The position numbers were made by a program, and so were the translations under genes. 64,000 nt of DNA from Diplonema japonicum (taxonomy: Eukaryota; Protista; Euglenozoa: Diplonemea). The first letter of the stretch is position 1. Every line of letters starts with the position of its first letter. The notes beneath the pieces are model-generated. The model saw only the letters and a program-made list of their open reading frames with translations, made no database searches and was not told the origin of the DNA. Below, piece after piece: positions 34,453 through 45,669 of this stretch. The stretch lies in NCBI GenBank assembly GCA_964019335.1, contig OZ025690.1, forward strand, positions 248,001 to 312,000, in the 5' to 3' direction.

Positions 34453-34879
34453 TTCTTTTTTTCTTCTTTTTTTTTTTTGTTGTCGTGTGTTTTTTTTTTT
34501 TTACCTTTTTTTTATTTTGAATTTTTTTTTTTTTTGGTGTGATATTGGTAAATAAAGAAAATTGAAGGGGATGGGGGGGGAGCCTTAAAATATATAATAT
34601 AATAACGGGGGGTGTGGGGGTGTATACAAATAAAATGAACAGGTTTTTTTTTCTTTTTTTTTCCCCTTCCTTTTTTTTTTCTTCTCTGATAAAAAAAAAA
34701 GTGCATTTCTTATTTCCATGTGTGGAAGAAGGGGGGGGGGGGTAAAACAAAGATAAAAAAATAGATTGAGGGAAATGGTGGGGTGAATAGAATGCAGCGA
34801 AGGAGAAAAAAAAATGAATGAAACAATGCCATTTTACCGGGGCACGGGTACAAAGAAAGAAGAAAAAAAAGAAAGAAAA

Positions 34880-36760
34880 TTCACTATGATAGGAACGAAG
34901 TGGTTAGCAACCCTTTTGGGGTCGTTCCCTGCTACCCACCGTAGTGCCTAGCTGTCGTTTATATCTTCCAATCCTTTCTTTCCGGTAATCTTCTCTCAGT
35001 CCTTTCAGCTTCGCCGTCAGCCCCGATGCAAACAGGGCCCTCCTATCAAAGCCAACGACGTGGTCGCGGCCAATGGATCGTAGTGATCTCACGTTCTTGC
35101 ATGACTGCGCCGGAAAAGCGCGTCTCCTCTTCTCCCTCATCCATGTCGCTTGCAGCGTATCCAGGATCCGCTTGATCCTCACCGCCTTCTTGTCGATGTC
35201 AATCGTCGTGTTGATGTTAACCCCCAGCGTCTTCTTCGTGTAGCACTCGAAGTCAATCGCCAGCTCGATCGCCGACACGGACGTTCCCTCCTCCGCCCAC
35301 CGCAGCGCAGCCAGCCATCTCAGCACCTGATCACCATACTCCCTGAGCTGCGGGGTCAGCTTGAGCTTGTACAGTTCCACAACCTTTGGCGCCTCGAAAC
35401 GCCTTCCTTGAGTCGTCACCATCCACGGCGGTTCCTTCTCAACCGCGAACCGCTTCACCACCAGAGCATCGTCCCTGCGCCTCACCACCTCTGCCAAATA
35501 CCTCTGCAGCCTCTCCAAACCGCGGAACACGACCTTCCTCGGGAGAATCCCGTGCAGCTCCAAACAGACCGGCCACCTTTCGCTCCTGACCAGACCGGTA
35601 TATACCTCCTTCTTCTGCACCTCCAATGCGACCTCGCACTCCCAAAGCTGGTGTCGCAGCAACCTAACTGTGCTGCCCTTCGCAGCATCACAGACATCGC
35701 AATTGAGCGTTCCCGCTGCTTTGTCCGTCCTCCCCCTATCCAGGTGGTCGGCTTCTTCCTCGCTCCCTTCACCTCCCTCCTCATCAGGTTCTTCAGGAGG
35801 GGAGAGTAAAACTTGTTTCGCATACGGGCTGAGGTACGGCACCGCCCCGGCGATTATCCTCCTCACCCGCCACGCTTCGAGCGGTCTGCGTGCGCTGCAC
35901 TTCATCCAGTAAGCGTTCGTTGCAGGGGCCGCGCCCTTCCCAAGCCCGGCCATCGTGCTTCGCGTCTTCACAATACCCGATGTCCTCATCCTCCGCAGAG
36001 CCTCCCTGAGGTCGTGCCCAGGATTCTCTCCTCTGTGCCAGCTTGCCAGCCTTTCCCACTTACCCGATCGCCGGGAGCCACCTCAGAAGCACATTTCCTA
36101 CGACCCCCCTCGGCCTCACCTGCCCAGAAGTTCCGTACGCCTGTGCCAACTGCGTCCATGTTGCCATTGCCCCGTCCTGCCTCAGCCAGCACCTCCTCAG
36201 CATCATCAAAGCACTGTACACTACGGCACACAGCGGGTCCACCCGGTGCGCTCGCGCCAGGATTGACAGTACCACGTCTGGAGATCTTCCTCTGTAGTGG
36301 GGGCCCCACAGGCACTTCACGATCGATCCTTTAAGCTGACTGAGACTCTAGTCACTCGGCGGAGAGAAGCTCGAGCTGTATAGCAGTCCCGGCATAATAT
36401 GAGTTCTGATGAGACTCTCCTTCCTCTGAAAAGAGAGCTGGGTCGAAGCCAGCCTTTCCACTTTCTGTCTTGCAGTAACCGCGGCATCGTTCCAGCTCGT
36501 GCCGCATGCTGTCGTGTTCAGCATAGTTCCCAAGGCCTTATGCTTGTCGACCTTGTTGAGCCTTACCTTCCTTCTTCTTCCGTCCACCTCACTATCCTCC
36601 TCGCAGTTGAGGTCCCCAATCACCACGATCGGCACGTCTCCCAGCTCTATTCGCTTCCTGACCAGAATGTGATGCAGAAGTTGCTCCCGTTCCCTGGCTT
36701 GCACTGCCTCATTGCCAGCTGGTCAGTAGACGTTCAAGAAAAGAAACCACACCCATGCAC
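34880..36760 (-). mobile_element. Internally deleted, decayed APE-type LINE
   Basis: APE remnants LNVY.P and PIVVIGDLN fused directly to post-RT thumb-like KALG...LIRTHIMPGLLY; CDVC...HQLWEC knuckle; ELAIDFE; tail 1 at 34880-34911. Confidence 0.8.
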
Positions 36761-36937
36761 CCTAATCGATTGTAAATGGTGGTGCGAAAAAAAAAGAAAA
36801 GTTAGAATGAGGTAAAGAATGAAAAATGAATCATCATTGCCCCCCCCCCCCCCCCCCCCCCCAGAAATATTCTTTTATTTAGGAAATACGGCGCAATAAT
36901 CGTACCGACGAATACGGTGCTTTAAAAGAGGAAAACA

Positions 36938-37046
36938 GCCGTTACTTGTGTGCACCGGTGGGAAGCCTGGAGAAGGTTATAACCCGTAAACTCATGGCTA
37001 ACGCTCCCCTTTTGTTTAGACAAGTCAAAGACACGGTCTTGCAAAC
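36938..37046. repeat. Dispersed repeat, second copy at ~56512-56617
   Basis: Shared cctggagaag...aacccg...cccttttgtttagacaagtcaaagac...tcttgcaaa. Confidence 0.75.
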
Positions 37047-37116
37047 AAAAAGAAAATAAAGATTTAAAAACCTGCAAAATCTTGCACAAATTGCATAAGG
37101 TAATAAAAAAGCTGGA

Positions 37117-37170
<54 letters not shown>

Positions 37171-37661
37171 ATTGGCCAATCCAAAGCTATCGATACTACG
37201 GCCACTCTTCTTTTTTTTTCTTTTTTCTTTTTTTCTTCTTATTCTCTTCCTTCTTTGTTGGTGGCAAGACTGAAAATAAAGGGGGGGAGGGTTTATTGCC
37301 ACAAAAAATGGGGGGGGTTGCACCACCCCCCTTTCCATAAGCTCAGAAGCAATAATGGATTTTCTTTTGTTTGATTGTTGTTTTTCTTTTTTTTTTTTAA
37401 TGTTCTCTCCAATAAAAAAAAAAAAAAAAAAAAAAAAGAAACCATGATGATAGTACACCCATCATCAATGTTTGCTTACCCCTCTCTGCCCGTACGTTAT
37501 GCGTCTATTTTCTTTTTAAATTATACCCTTTAAAATTACTCTTTGGGCCTTTTTTTCACATGCAAAAGACACATTAACCTGACAAATAATTTCAGCGTGT
37601 CGTGAACAAAAAAAATACTCCTTATTTTACCGCCAAATATATATATTGGCCTTACTGGGGG

Positions 37662-38284
37662 TAGGGAGGGTCACATGGGGGTGGTAAAGTGGGTTTTTTT
37701 CAAATTCGGAAATGCAGAGTACTGGGGCCGCCTAATGTAAAACACCCCTTTCTCGACCAAAAAATCGATTTCCGCCGGTTTTTTTTACTTTTGGGCAATC
37801 TACAAAGCATTATTTTGCATTTTTAAAAAAGGTGACCACGGTTTGGTACCTGGCCTGTTGTTTCCCCTGTAGTTTCTGAGTTTTCTGAAAATTTTGGAAT
37901 TTGACCATGGTTTGTTCCACTCTTTGAACGCGCTCTTTAGGACGCCGCTACCGTTTGAACGGCAGAGTACTGTCTTACATTGTCCGATTGTGAACCTTTC
38001 TGTGTTTTGCGCGGCATTTCTGATGAATATCTATCATTTTCCCGAGGTTAGGATGGTAAGTTTGTTTTTGCAAATATTTTCAGGTACCAAACCGTAGTTA
38101 CTGTTTTCAAAAATACAAATAAAGCATTAACAAGTGCTCAGAAATGCTCTAATCCGGCGAATTTTGATTTTTTGGTTAATTTGGAGGGTATTGGTCGGTT
38201 ATTTTTTTACCTTAGGGGAAAATCTTTTTAAAAAAACTTTTTTTTCACGTTTAACCACGTTTTTTTAGGACCATGTGACCTCCT
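37662..38284. mobile_element. Foldback/MITE-like element with long imperfect inverted repeats
   Basis: Perfect 15-bp IR acggtttggtacctg (37838) / caggtaccaaaccgt (38081), ~80 bp of flanking imperfect IR, outer ggtcacatgg / ccatgtgacc. Confidence 0.65.
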
Positions 38285-38464
38285 AGGGCTATGCTGGCAG
38301 GAAACGTGGAAACGTATCCGTTTCCGTTTCCATACTTTTCAAGATTCTTATGGAAACGCGTTTCCTTCTTAAGCAAACGTAAGGAAACGTTTCCGTTTTC
38401 GTATCCGTTTCCCTTTTTTTTTAAAAAATGCATGGAAACGCGTTTCCATGCCAGCATACCTAGG
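38282..38464. mobile_element. Small MITE-like element
   Basis: TIR tatgctggca / tgccagcata flanked by cctagg on both sides; interior built of ggaaacg/cgtttcc units. Confidence 0.7.
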
Positions 38465-38692
38465 GGGGGGGGGGGGGGAGTTATTATTTGCTGTATCAGT
38501 AAGCAGCTATTTTGTTTTGTTTTGTTTGGATTAAAAAAAAATAAATAAATAAATAAATAAAAGGGTGCATGCGGCCATTTTTCACTGAATAATTCAATAG
38601 TTTGCGAATAATAATTATAAAAAAAAGGGATTTTCTTTCTTTCAGTTTTTCTGTTTTTTTTTTCTTTTTCTTTTTTTTTTACTTCTATTTAT

Positions 38693-38744
<52 letters not shown>

Positions 38745-39529
38745 CTCCCCAAATTCACTTACGGTTTTTTTTCTTCTTTTTCTTTTCTTCTTTTGGTATA
38801 ACTTAAAAAAGCTAGAAAGTACTCCTACAATAATGGGAGAGAAAAGCGTTGGGCAACGGTGGGCACCATCGGACCCCTCCCCCCCCCCTTTTTTTCAGAG
38901 CAATTTCTTTTTTTTTTAAAGGGGGGAAGATGGACCACAGTCATCTACAGTGTCAAAAGCAAGAAATTGGGCTCACAGGCAGGCAGTCCAACTTAATCGG
39001 GACTGCAACAATTATGACTTGTGATGACTGTGGGGTGAATCTTTCTTTTTTTCTCTTTCCAAAAAAAAAAAAAAAAAAAAAGGAACAAACCAGAAACTAA
39101 GGACAGAGAAAGAGGGGAGAATACCCTCCATATATTTCTCTTTGTGTTTTCTTTTTCATCTTTTTTTTTTCATTTTCTTTCATTCTGAATAAAAAAAAGC
39201 AAAAAAAAAAAAAAAAAAAACGGCATACGTTTTCCCCAACCTCCCTTTTTTCTTTTGTGGGAAGGAAGAGGGGGGGGGGGGAGAAAATACCCCCCTCCCC
39301 CTTCTTTTTCTTTCTGTCATTGTGTGGATTTTCTCTTCTTTCCCCTCCCCCCCCCCCCCCCTTAGTCTCTTGTCTCGGTACAAACATTTCTCTCTCTTTT
39401 CTTTTTTTTTTTTCTTTCCGGCCGAGCAAAGATACCAAGGAACGAGAGGATTTAAAAGAAGAAATAAAAAAAAACTCATAGTAAAAGGCAATCCCACTGG
39501 AGGACAGCCTCTTGTGGTGTGAGTTCCTA

Positions 39530-39569
<40 letters not shown>

Positions 39570-39572
39570 GCA

Positions 39573-40274
39573 TCACCTTCGCAGCAACTGGCTATACCGG
39601 GTTGGGGTAGTTGTACTGAAGGGCCGAGGTGTGTTCCGCACAGGGGTGTTGCATGCCCGTTCAATCTTTTTTTTTTTTTTTTTTTTTTTTTTTCCCCAAC
39701 ACACCAATTTATAAACCTCCCTCACCTCCGGTGATGCTATAGACGCCACCGAGACACGGTGATGACTGGGGGTCAGAAACGCTTTTTTTTCTCTTTCCTT
39801 TTCTTTTTCCCTCTCTCTCCGCTTAACGGCGGCTGCAGCATCTGCCTTTAGTGCTTTCTTCACAATGTCAGCACCAGTTGTGCAGCGTTGAGGTAGAAGA
39901 GGCGTGGCAGGGGGCGTCGATGACCTTGACTGTGCACATAGAGATCTTCGTGATCCAGCAGGTGGAGGCGTCATGGTCCGTCGGTTTCGAGATTCAAGTT
40001 TTGTAGGTGTCAACGGAAGTTTCATTTGTGTGACCTTCTCTTCTTCGGCCTCCTGCAGCGCTTCGACCAGCGCGAAATTTAAAGGGAATCCCCTCTCTGG
40101 CTCACGGCAGAGGGCCCTGCAGCAAGGGCAGCTTACGGAACAATCCCCTTTCCGCCTCTTCATCACCATCGACAGGCATTTGCTGCAAAGCGTGTGCCCG
40201 CAGCCAAGCAACCTCGGCAGTCGGGCGTAAGGCTCGGTCGCATAACTCACCAAGCACACCGGGCATTCTGGCAT
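39573..40274 (-). CDS. RING-finger protein (probable in-frame intron 39666-39716)
   Basis: CPVC...PRLLGCGHTLCSKC...CPCCR...NFAL. Confidence 0.88.
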   Translation of the reverse strand: MPECPVCLVSYATEPYARLPRLLGCGHTLCSKCLSMVMKRRKGDCSVSCPCCRALCREPERGFPLNFALVEALQEAEEEKVTQMKLPLTPTKLESRNRRTMTPPPAGSRRSLCAQSRSSTPPATPLLPQRCTTGADIVKKALKADAAAAVKRREREKEKEREKKAFLTPSHHRVSVASIASPEVREVYKLVCWGKKKKKKKKKIERACNTPVRNTPRPFSTTTPTRYSQLLRR

Positions 40275-40511
40275 TTTCTTTTTTTTTTTTTTTTTCTCCC
40301 AAAATGGGCTGAACACCCACCCTCCCCCAGCGCCTTCTGTGATAAAAGGTAATGTGAAGATAACGAATAGAAAAAGAAATGGGGGGAGGGGGGACAAAGT
40401 AAAATAATAGTATGGGGGAAAACTTTTTTTTTAAAATCCCCCCCATTTTTTTTTTTTTTTTTTTTTTACTTAATAAAATCCGGAGAAAAAGAAAAAGGAA
40501 AAAAAAATGGG

Positions 40512-40828
40512 GATTGCAACACTAGGTGGCGTTAAGCGTGCAATGAAGCACGAACTACCTACTTGATTACAGGGGGCGCTCCTCGGCCGAGCAGTAGCTT
40601 CTTCTGCGTTCCGCGTCGTGTCCTTAATGCGTGCGGTGTGCTCAACCCTAGCCGGGGCGTCCCGGGTAACCAAGATTCTGCGCTCGTGCAGTTTGCTGCC
40701 TGTTCGTCACCCTGAGCATCTGCGTTACGTCCTTCCACTCAGGCGCTACCGGTGATGACCGACGAGGAGGTCAACAGCGAACAACACATCTGATGTACTT
40801 CTTATATTTTCATGTTATCCCCACCACC
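40512..40828 (-). mobile_element. SINE-like family A element, most intact copy (HDV-like ribozyme head, tail 2)
   Basis: Homologous to the 27275, 41451 and 42362 copies; all four start at GGTGGTG. Confidence 0.85.
40691..40828 (-). ncRNA. Predicted HDV-like self-cleaving ribozyme (family A)
   Basis: P1 GGTGGTG/CATCACC; P2 GCTGTTG/CAG(G)CAGC; P3 ACC/GGT; L3 TCCTCGTC; P1.1 CC/GG; P4 CCTGAG...CTCAGG; J4/2 ACGAA with catalytic-C equivalent at 40706. Folded by hand. Confidence 0.8.
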
Positions 40829-41062
40829 TTAAAAAATAAAATGAAATACCCCCCCCCCCCCCCTTTTACTCTTCGGGGGGGTTTTTTCTTCTTCTTTTGC
40901 ACATGGGGTAGAGGCGCGATAATGCGAGTGTGTTTTTTTTTTTTTTTTTTCTCTTTTTTTTTTTGAGGTGTTTTCGTGTGAATTTTGGAGCATTTCGGGG
41001 CGGTTTCCCTTCTTTATATGTATATATTTTCTTTTTCCTTTCATTCTTTGCTTTTCACTTGG

Positions 41063-41106
<44 letters not shown>

Positions 41107-41450
41107 TGAGCAAGGTTTTTTTTTTTAAAAAAAAGGAAAAGTATTACCATAGTTTTTTTTCTTCTTTTTGCGGGGTGAAAGTGTTTTGAGTAACGGCCTA
41201 TCACCCCCCCCCCCCCCCCCCCCATCTGAAAGAACTCGTTTTTTTTTTCCAAACCGCCCCAGGCTTGTGGCACACCAGTCCACCCGAAAATACACACACA
41301 TTCTCAGTACCACTACTACCCATGCTTTTTTTTTTTTTTTTTTTTTTTTTTGTCATCCCCGCCGCCCTCCCTACACGGTTTTCATGAAACCGAACAACGC
41401 AGTCTCTGTAGAAAGGGGGGGAAAAAGGGGGGGATACAAATAGGGCTTTT

Positions 41451-41663
41451 GATTGCAACACTAAGTGGCGTTAAGCGTGCAACGAACTAACTACTTGATT
41501 ATATGGGGGCGCACCGCGGCCGAGCTGTAGCTTCTTTCTGCGTTCCGCGTCGTGTCCTTAATGCGTGCGGTGTGTAATTACCGGTGATGACCGACGAAGA
41601 GGTCAACAGCGAACAACATATATTTGATGTACTTCTTTATATTTCCATGTTATCCCCACCACC
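41451..41663 (-). mobile_element. SINE-like family A element with internal deletion, tail 2
   Basis: Same head and tail as 40512-40828; P4 to P2' and part of the body missing. Confidence 0.8.
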
Positions 41664-42156
41664 TTAAAAAAAATCAAATTCAAAGGAGGGGGGGGGGGGG
41701 GGGAGAAGAAAATCAGTAGGGGAAAACAGGGATGAAACGACCAAAAAAAAAAAAAAAAAAGAAGAAAAAAAAAAGGAAAAAACTTTTCTTTCCCCTTTCC
41801 AAATCTTTTGTATAAAATGTATGGAATGTTCTTTTTTTTTTTTTTAAGGTTTCCTTCTTGTGGGAGGGCGTGCTAAAAGAAATAAATGATTTTTTTTTTT
41901 TTGTTCCCTTTCGTTCTTAGAGACCAAATACTTATTTTTTTTTCTTTTTTTCCCGTCTGCTTTTTTCTGTGAAGACCAAGCAGTGATCAAAAGCATGTCT
42001 GAGAGACTACACCCCACAGAACCTTGCAGCGCACATGTGGAGTGGGCGAAATTCATAAAAAAAAAAAAAAAAGGAAATTGTTGATTCTCTAAAATATTTT
42101 TTACCCCATTCTTACATTTTTCCTTTCCCCCAAAGAGGCGTTTATACGTGACCTTT

Positions 42157-42192
<36 letters not shown>

Positions 42193-42361
42193 AGAAAAAA
42201 AAAACCGACGTCACAAGCATGCAAATACCGCGTGTAAGCCGCAGGGGAAAAAAAAGGGGGGGGGGAAAGGGGGAAAAAAAAAACTACAGTCATATTAGTG
42301 TGCAATGACAAACGCCCCTTCTCTCGCCTCTCGAGAACAAACAAATAAACAAAAATGAAAT

Positions 42362-42471
42362 CTGTAGCTTCTTCTGCACCCTGAGCATCTGCAATACGTT
42401 CTTCCACTAGGGTGCTACCGGTGATGAAAACACCTGATGTATTTCTTTACATCTCCGTGTTATCCACCACC
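42362..42471 (-). mobile_element. Degenerate family A fragment
   Basis: GGTGGTG start, catcaccggtagc, gcagatgctcagggtg and gcagaagaagctac retained. Confidence 0.7.
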
Positions 42472-42900
42472 AAAAAAAACATCACTATTGACTTACCTAA
42501 AAAAAAGCTCCCCCCCTTCCCCCCCCCTCCCACTTGGACACCGAATAGAAAAGTGTAAGCAGTACGCATAAATTAAAAAAAAGAAAAAAAAAGAAAACAC
42601 ACACTAATCCCGTTATTTACCCCCCCCCCCCCTCCCATTCTTTTTGCTTCCGTGGGGGTGGCTCTGCATGTAATTTCCCTACGGCAAGCACAGCATGCCT
42701 GAGGTTAAAAAGATCGTTTTTTTTTTTTTGTTTTTTTTTTCTCACTATGATTGGAGGGAGAGGAGGGGGAGGGAAAGGGGGGGGGGGGGAGAGGAAAAAA
42801 AAAAAAAAAAAAAAAAAAAGAAAGAAAGAAAAATGAGTTCAGCTACAGCAACTCTAACCCTATCATCACCCCCACCAAATTTTGAAGAAAACAAAGTCAA

Positions 42901-43705
42901 TCACTGAGCCCCTGGTTGGGGGAACCGCGGCATCAGCATCTGGGGCGGCACAACTAATGCCGAAGGGTTACTCTGCACATAAGGCTGGGCGACAGGGGGA
43001 GGGTGGTGGTGGTGATGGTGGTGTTGTTGGTGATGATGGTGGTGGTGCTGCGGTATAGGCACCGCTTGAGGACGATAAGGCTGCTGCTGCTGCTGCTGCT
43101 GAGGCTGCACTTGCGGAGGTTGAGGTTGTTGCTGCTGCTGTTTGGGCACAGACGTGCTATTACGTCGCTGGAGAGACTGTGTGATTTTTTTTTAATTTTA
43201 ACTCCCCCCCCCCATACTTGTATGTACTCCTTAAGCTTCTGAGTCGACATTTTCTTCACTTCAATTGATTCCTTTTTTTTAATTTTTACTTGTTAATTTT
43301 TTCTAAATTTTTTTTTACCTGATCCCCCAACACTTGTATCAGCCTCCTAGCCTCGTTCAGAAGCGACACGTGATTCGTTCTATCATTCGGGGCGGAATAT
43401 GCTCCAGAAGACACCGGTGCAGGTGCAGGGACAGGGACAGGAACAGGGGCAGGAGTAGTATGTTGCTGGGGGGGCTGAGGCTGCACCTGAGGGGGTCGAG
43501 GCAGTGCTCCTCCGAGTTGAGGTGCCGGTGCAGATTGGGCCGGTGGGGTATGGTTGCCCTTTGAAGGCCTTCTGTGGTCACCTTTTTCGTAGTAAGGTGA
43601 AATTGCATAACCCCTCGCCTCTGCCAGCCCCATTGCATGGTCGGCCTCATTTTGTGTTTGATACGAAACAAGAAGCAGTCCCTATTGGTTTGTGGGAAGA
43701 AAACG

Positions 43706-43747
<42 letters not shown>

Positions 43748-45232
43748 CGAATTTGCGGATTTGCAAGAAGGAGTGCCGTGGGCTTTGAGCCAAGACTCGA
43801 CTTCTTTGTGCTTGTCCGACGAGATGTTCTTTATGCAGAACTTGTGCTGTCCAGCACCTTTCTTTTTCTTTCCTTGTTGAGGTTGTTGTTGTTGTTGAGG
43901 TTGTGGTTGCTGAGGAGCCGTCGCAGCGGCGTTGCCCGGAACAACGGCGCCGCCTCCGCCGCTTAGCTTGTTCTGTTGGCTGTTGAAGTTCTTGTTTCTA
44001 TTCTGATTCTGCCCGCTGGTTGGCGAATTGGTGTCCACGGGAGGGCGCGACATCACTCGCTCGTACGTCTCGAGCATCTTCTGCGCCTTTTCGTTCACTT
44101 CTTGTTTATCGTCCTTCGCCTCCGATTCGGGTTTTTCTGTTTTTTTTTTTTTATAAAATATTTTCTTCTTTTTTTTTTTTGTACATACCAGTAAAGGCCG
44201 CCCCCCACCCGTTTCTCGCCCCCATTTCTTCTTTTTTAAGCCTCATTCCGTCTTCCTGCTATTTCTTTTTATCCCCCCCCCGCTACACACCTTTTGAGGT
44301 TGTTGTGGCTGTTGAGTTGGAAGTAAATTTGTCCCCATCATGGCCCGGCTGTACTCCGGTGCGGGAGGGTGCTGTGGCTGCTGGGGCTGTGGCTGTGGCT
44401 GTGGCTGTAGTTGCTGCGGCGGTTGGGGAAGCTGCTGTTGCTGTTGTTGCCCCATTGGCCGTTGCTCTTGGTGATGCTGGTGGTGGTAGTGATGGTGGTA
44501 GTGGTGGTGGTGGTGGTGGTCCGGAGACAGAGCACCGTTTACAGGCGCTGGTTGAACGGGAGATGCTTGCGGGGCCGGCGCGGGGGAGCCTCCGTCCGCC
44601 GCTGTCGCGTGCTGGATAGCTGCCGCCAGTTTGTGACCTGAAAAAGAGAAAACAAATACAAACACATCTTCTCACAAAAAAAAAAAAAAAAAAAGAATAC
44701 CTTGTATGTCCTCAGTTCCGATTTTCGTAACATACGGACCAGGAGGGTGGTGGGTGGCACCTTGGGGATATGCCCCTGGGGGACCACCTGAAGTTGTAGG
44801 CGCGGGAGGAGGCTGAGGTACTGTGCCTGGTAAAGGCTGTACAGAAGGTATCTGTGGGCCTGTTAAAGCAGTCACAACAGGAGTGGTTGGGGACGGAAGG
44901 GCAGCAGGCGCAGGAGGTGCTGCGGTTGGCTGGCTAGGCTGCACGGGGATTTGTACAGGTGCTGCAGCGACTGATGGTTGCTGCTGTGGTTGTTGTTGCT
45001 GCTGTGGTGGGACCTGCCCTGGGCCTGGCTGGTATGGAAATGGAGGCTGCCCAGGAGGGTAGAACATGGGCTGCCATGGCATTCCCTGCCACGGACCAGG
45101 AGGAGGAGGAGGAGGAAACCCAGGCCACGCACCATGCGGGAACCCGGGCCACGCCCCACCCCCGGGACTCCACCCGGGTGGGGGCTGCCCCATCCCAGAC
45201 GGCACTGGTGCTTGCTCCTGCGGTGTCGCCAT
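42901..45232 (-). CDS. Pro/Gln/His-rich low-complexity protein with an RRM-like domain, ~7 exons
   Basis: Six GT-AG introns can be placed in frame (e.g. 44638-44700 and ~43682-43747); RRM-like KFCIKNI...NS|GLLLVSYQTQNEADHAM; last exon SLQRRNSTSVPKQQQ...PGAQ*. Confidence 0.7.
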
Positions 45233-45237
45233 GCTCT

Positions 45238-45276
<39 letters not shown>

Positions 45277-45669
45277 GGGGAAAAAACCACTCGCAGCTCC
45301 CTCCCTATTGACACCAAACCCTGCCTGATTTTGTATTGTTGTTTGTTTTTTTTTTTTTTTAAACACAGCGATTTAAAGGAATCGTAAAAAAGAAAAAGAG
45401 GGGGGAGATGTAGGGAAAACAGTGGAAAGAGACGGGGGGGGGGGGGGGGGGCATTGCAAGTGCGAACTTATTATCTTCTTATTGGGCTTTTTCCCCCCCC
45501 TTTCTTTTTTCCAAGTTCCTTCCGCCTGCACTTCTCTCAACAGTGTCTCTACCCCCCCCCCCCCCCCCCATTTCACATATGAAAGGAAAACAAAAAACAC
45601 TTTTTTCAAAAAAAAATATAAAAAAAAAAAACTGAACACTTTTTTTTTTCTTTCTTTTCAATCTTTTTT

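Noticed and set aside
36404-36435. CTGATGA...GAAA hammerhead-like core
   Set aside because: Stem II does not pair, and the site lies within LINE coding remnant.
38935-39033. SECIS interpretation of the hairpin
   Set aside because: No correctly placed ATGA/GA quartet, and no in-frame TGA selenoprotein candidate upstream.
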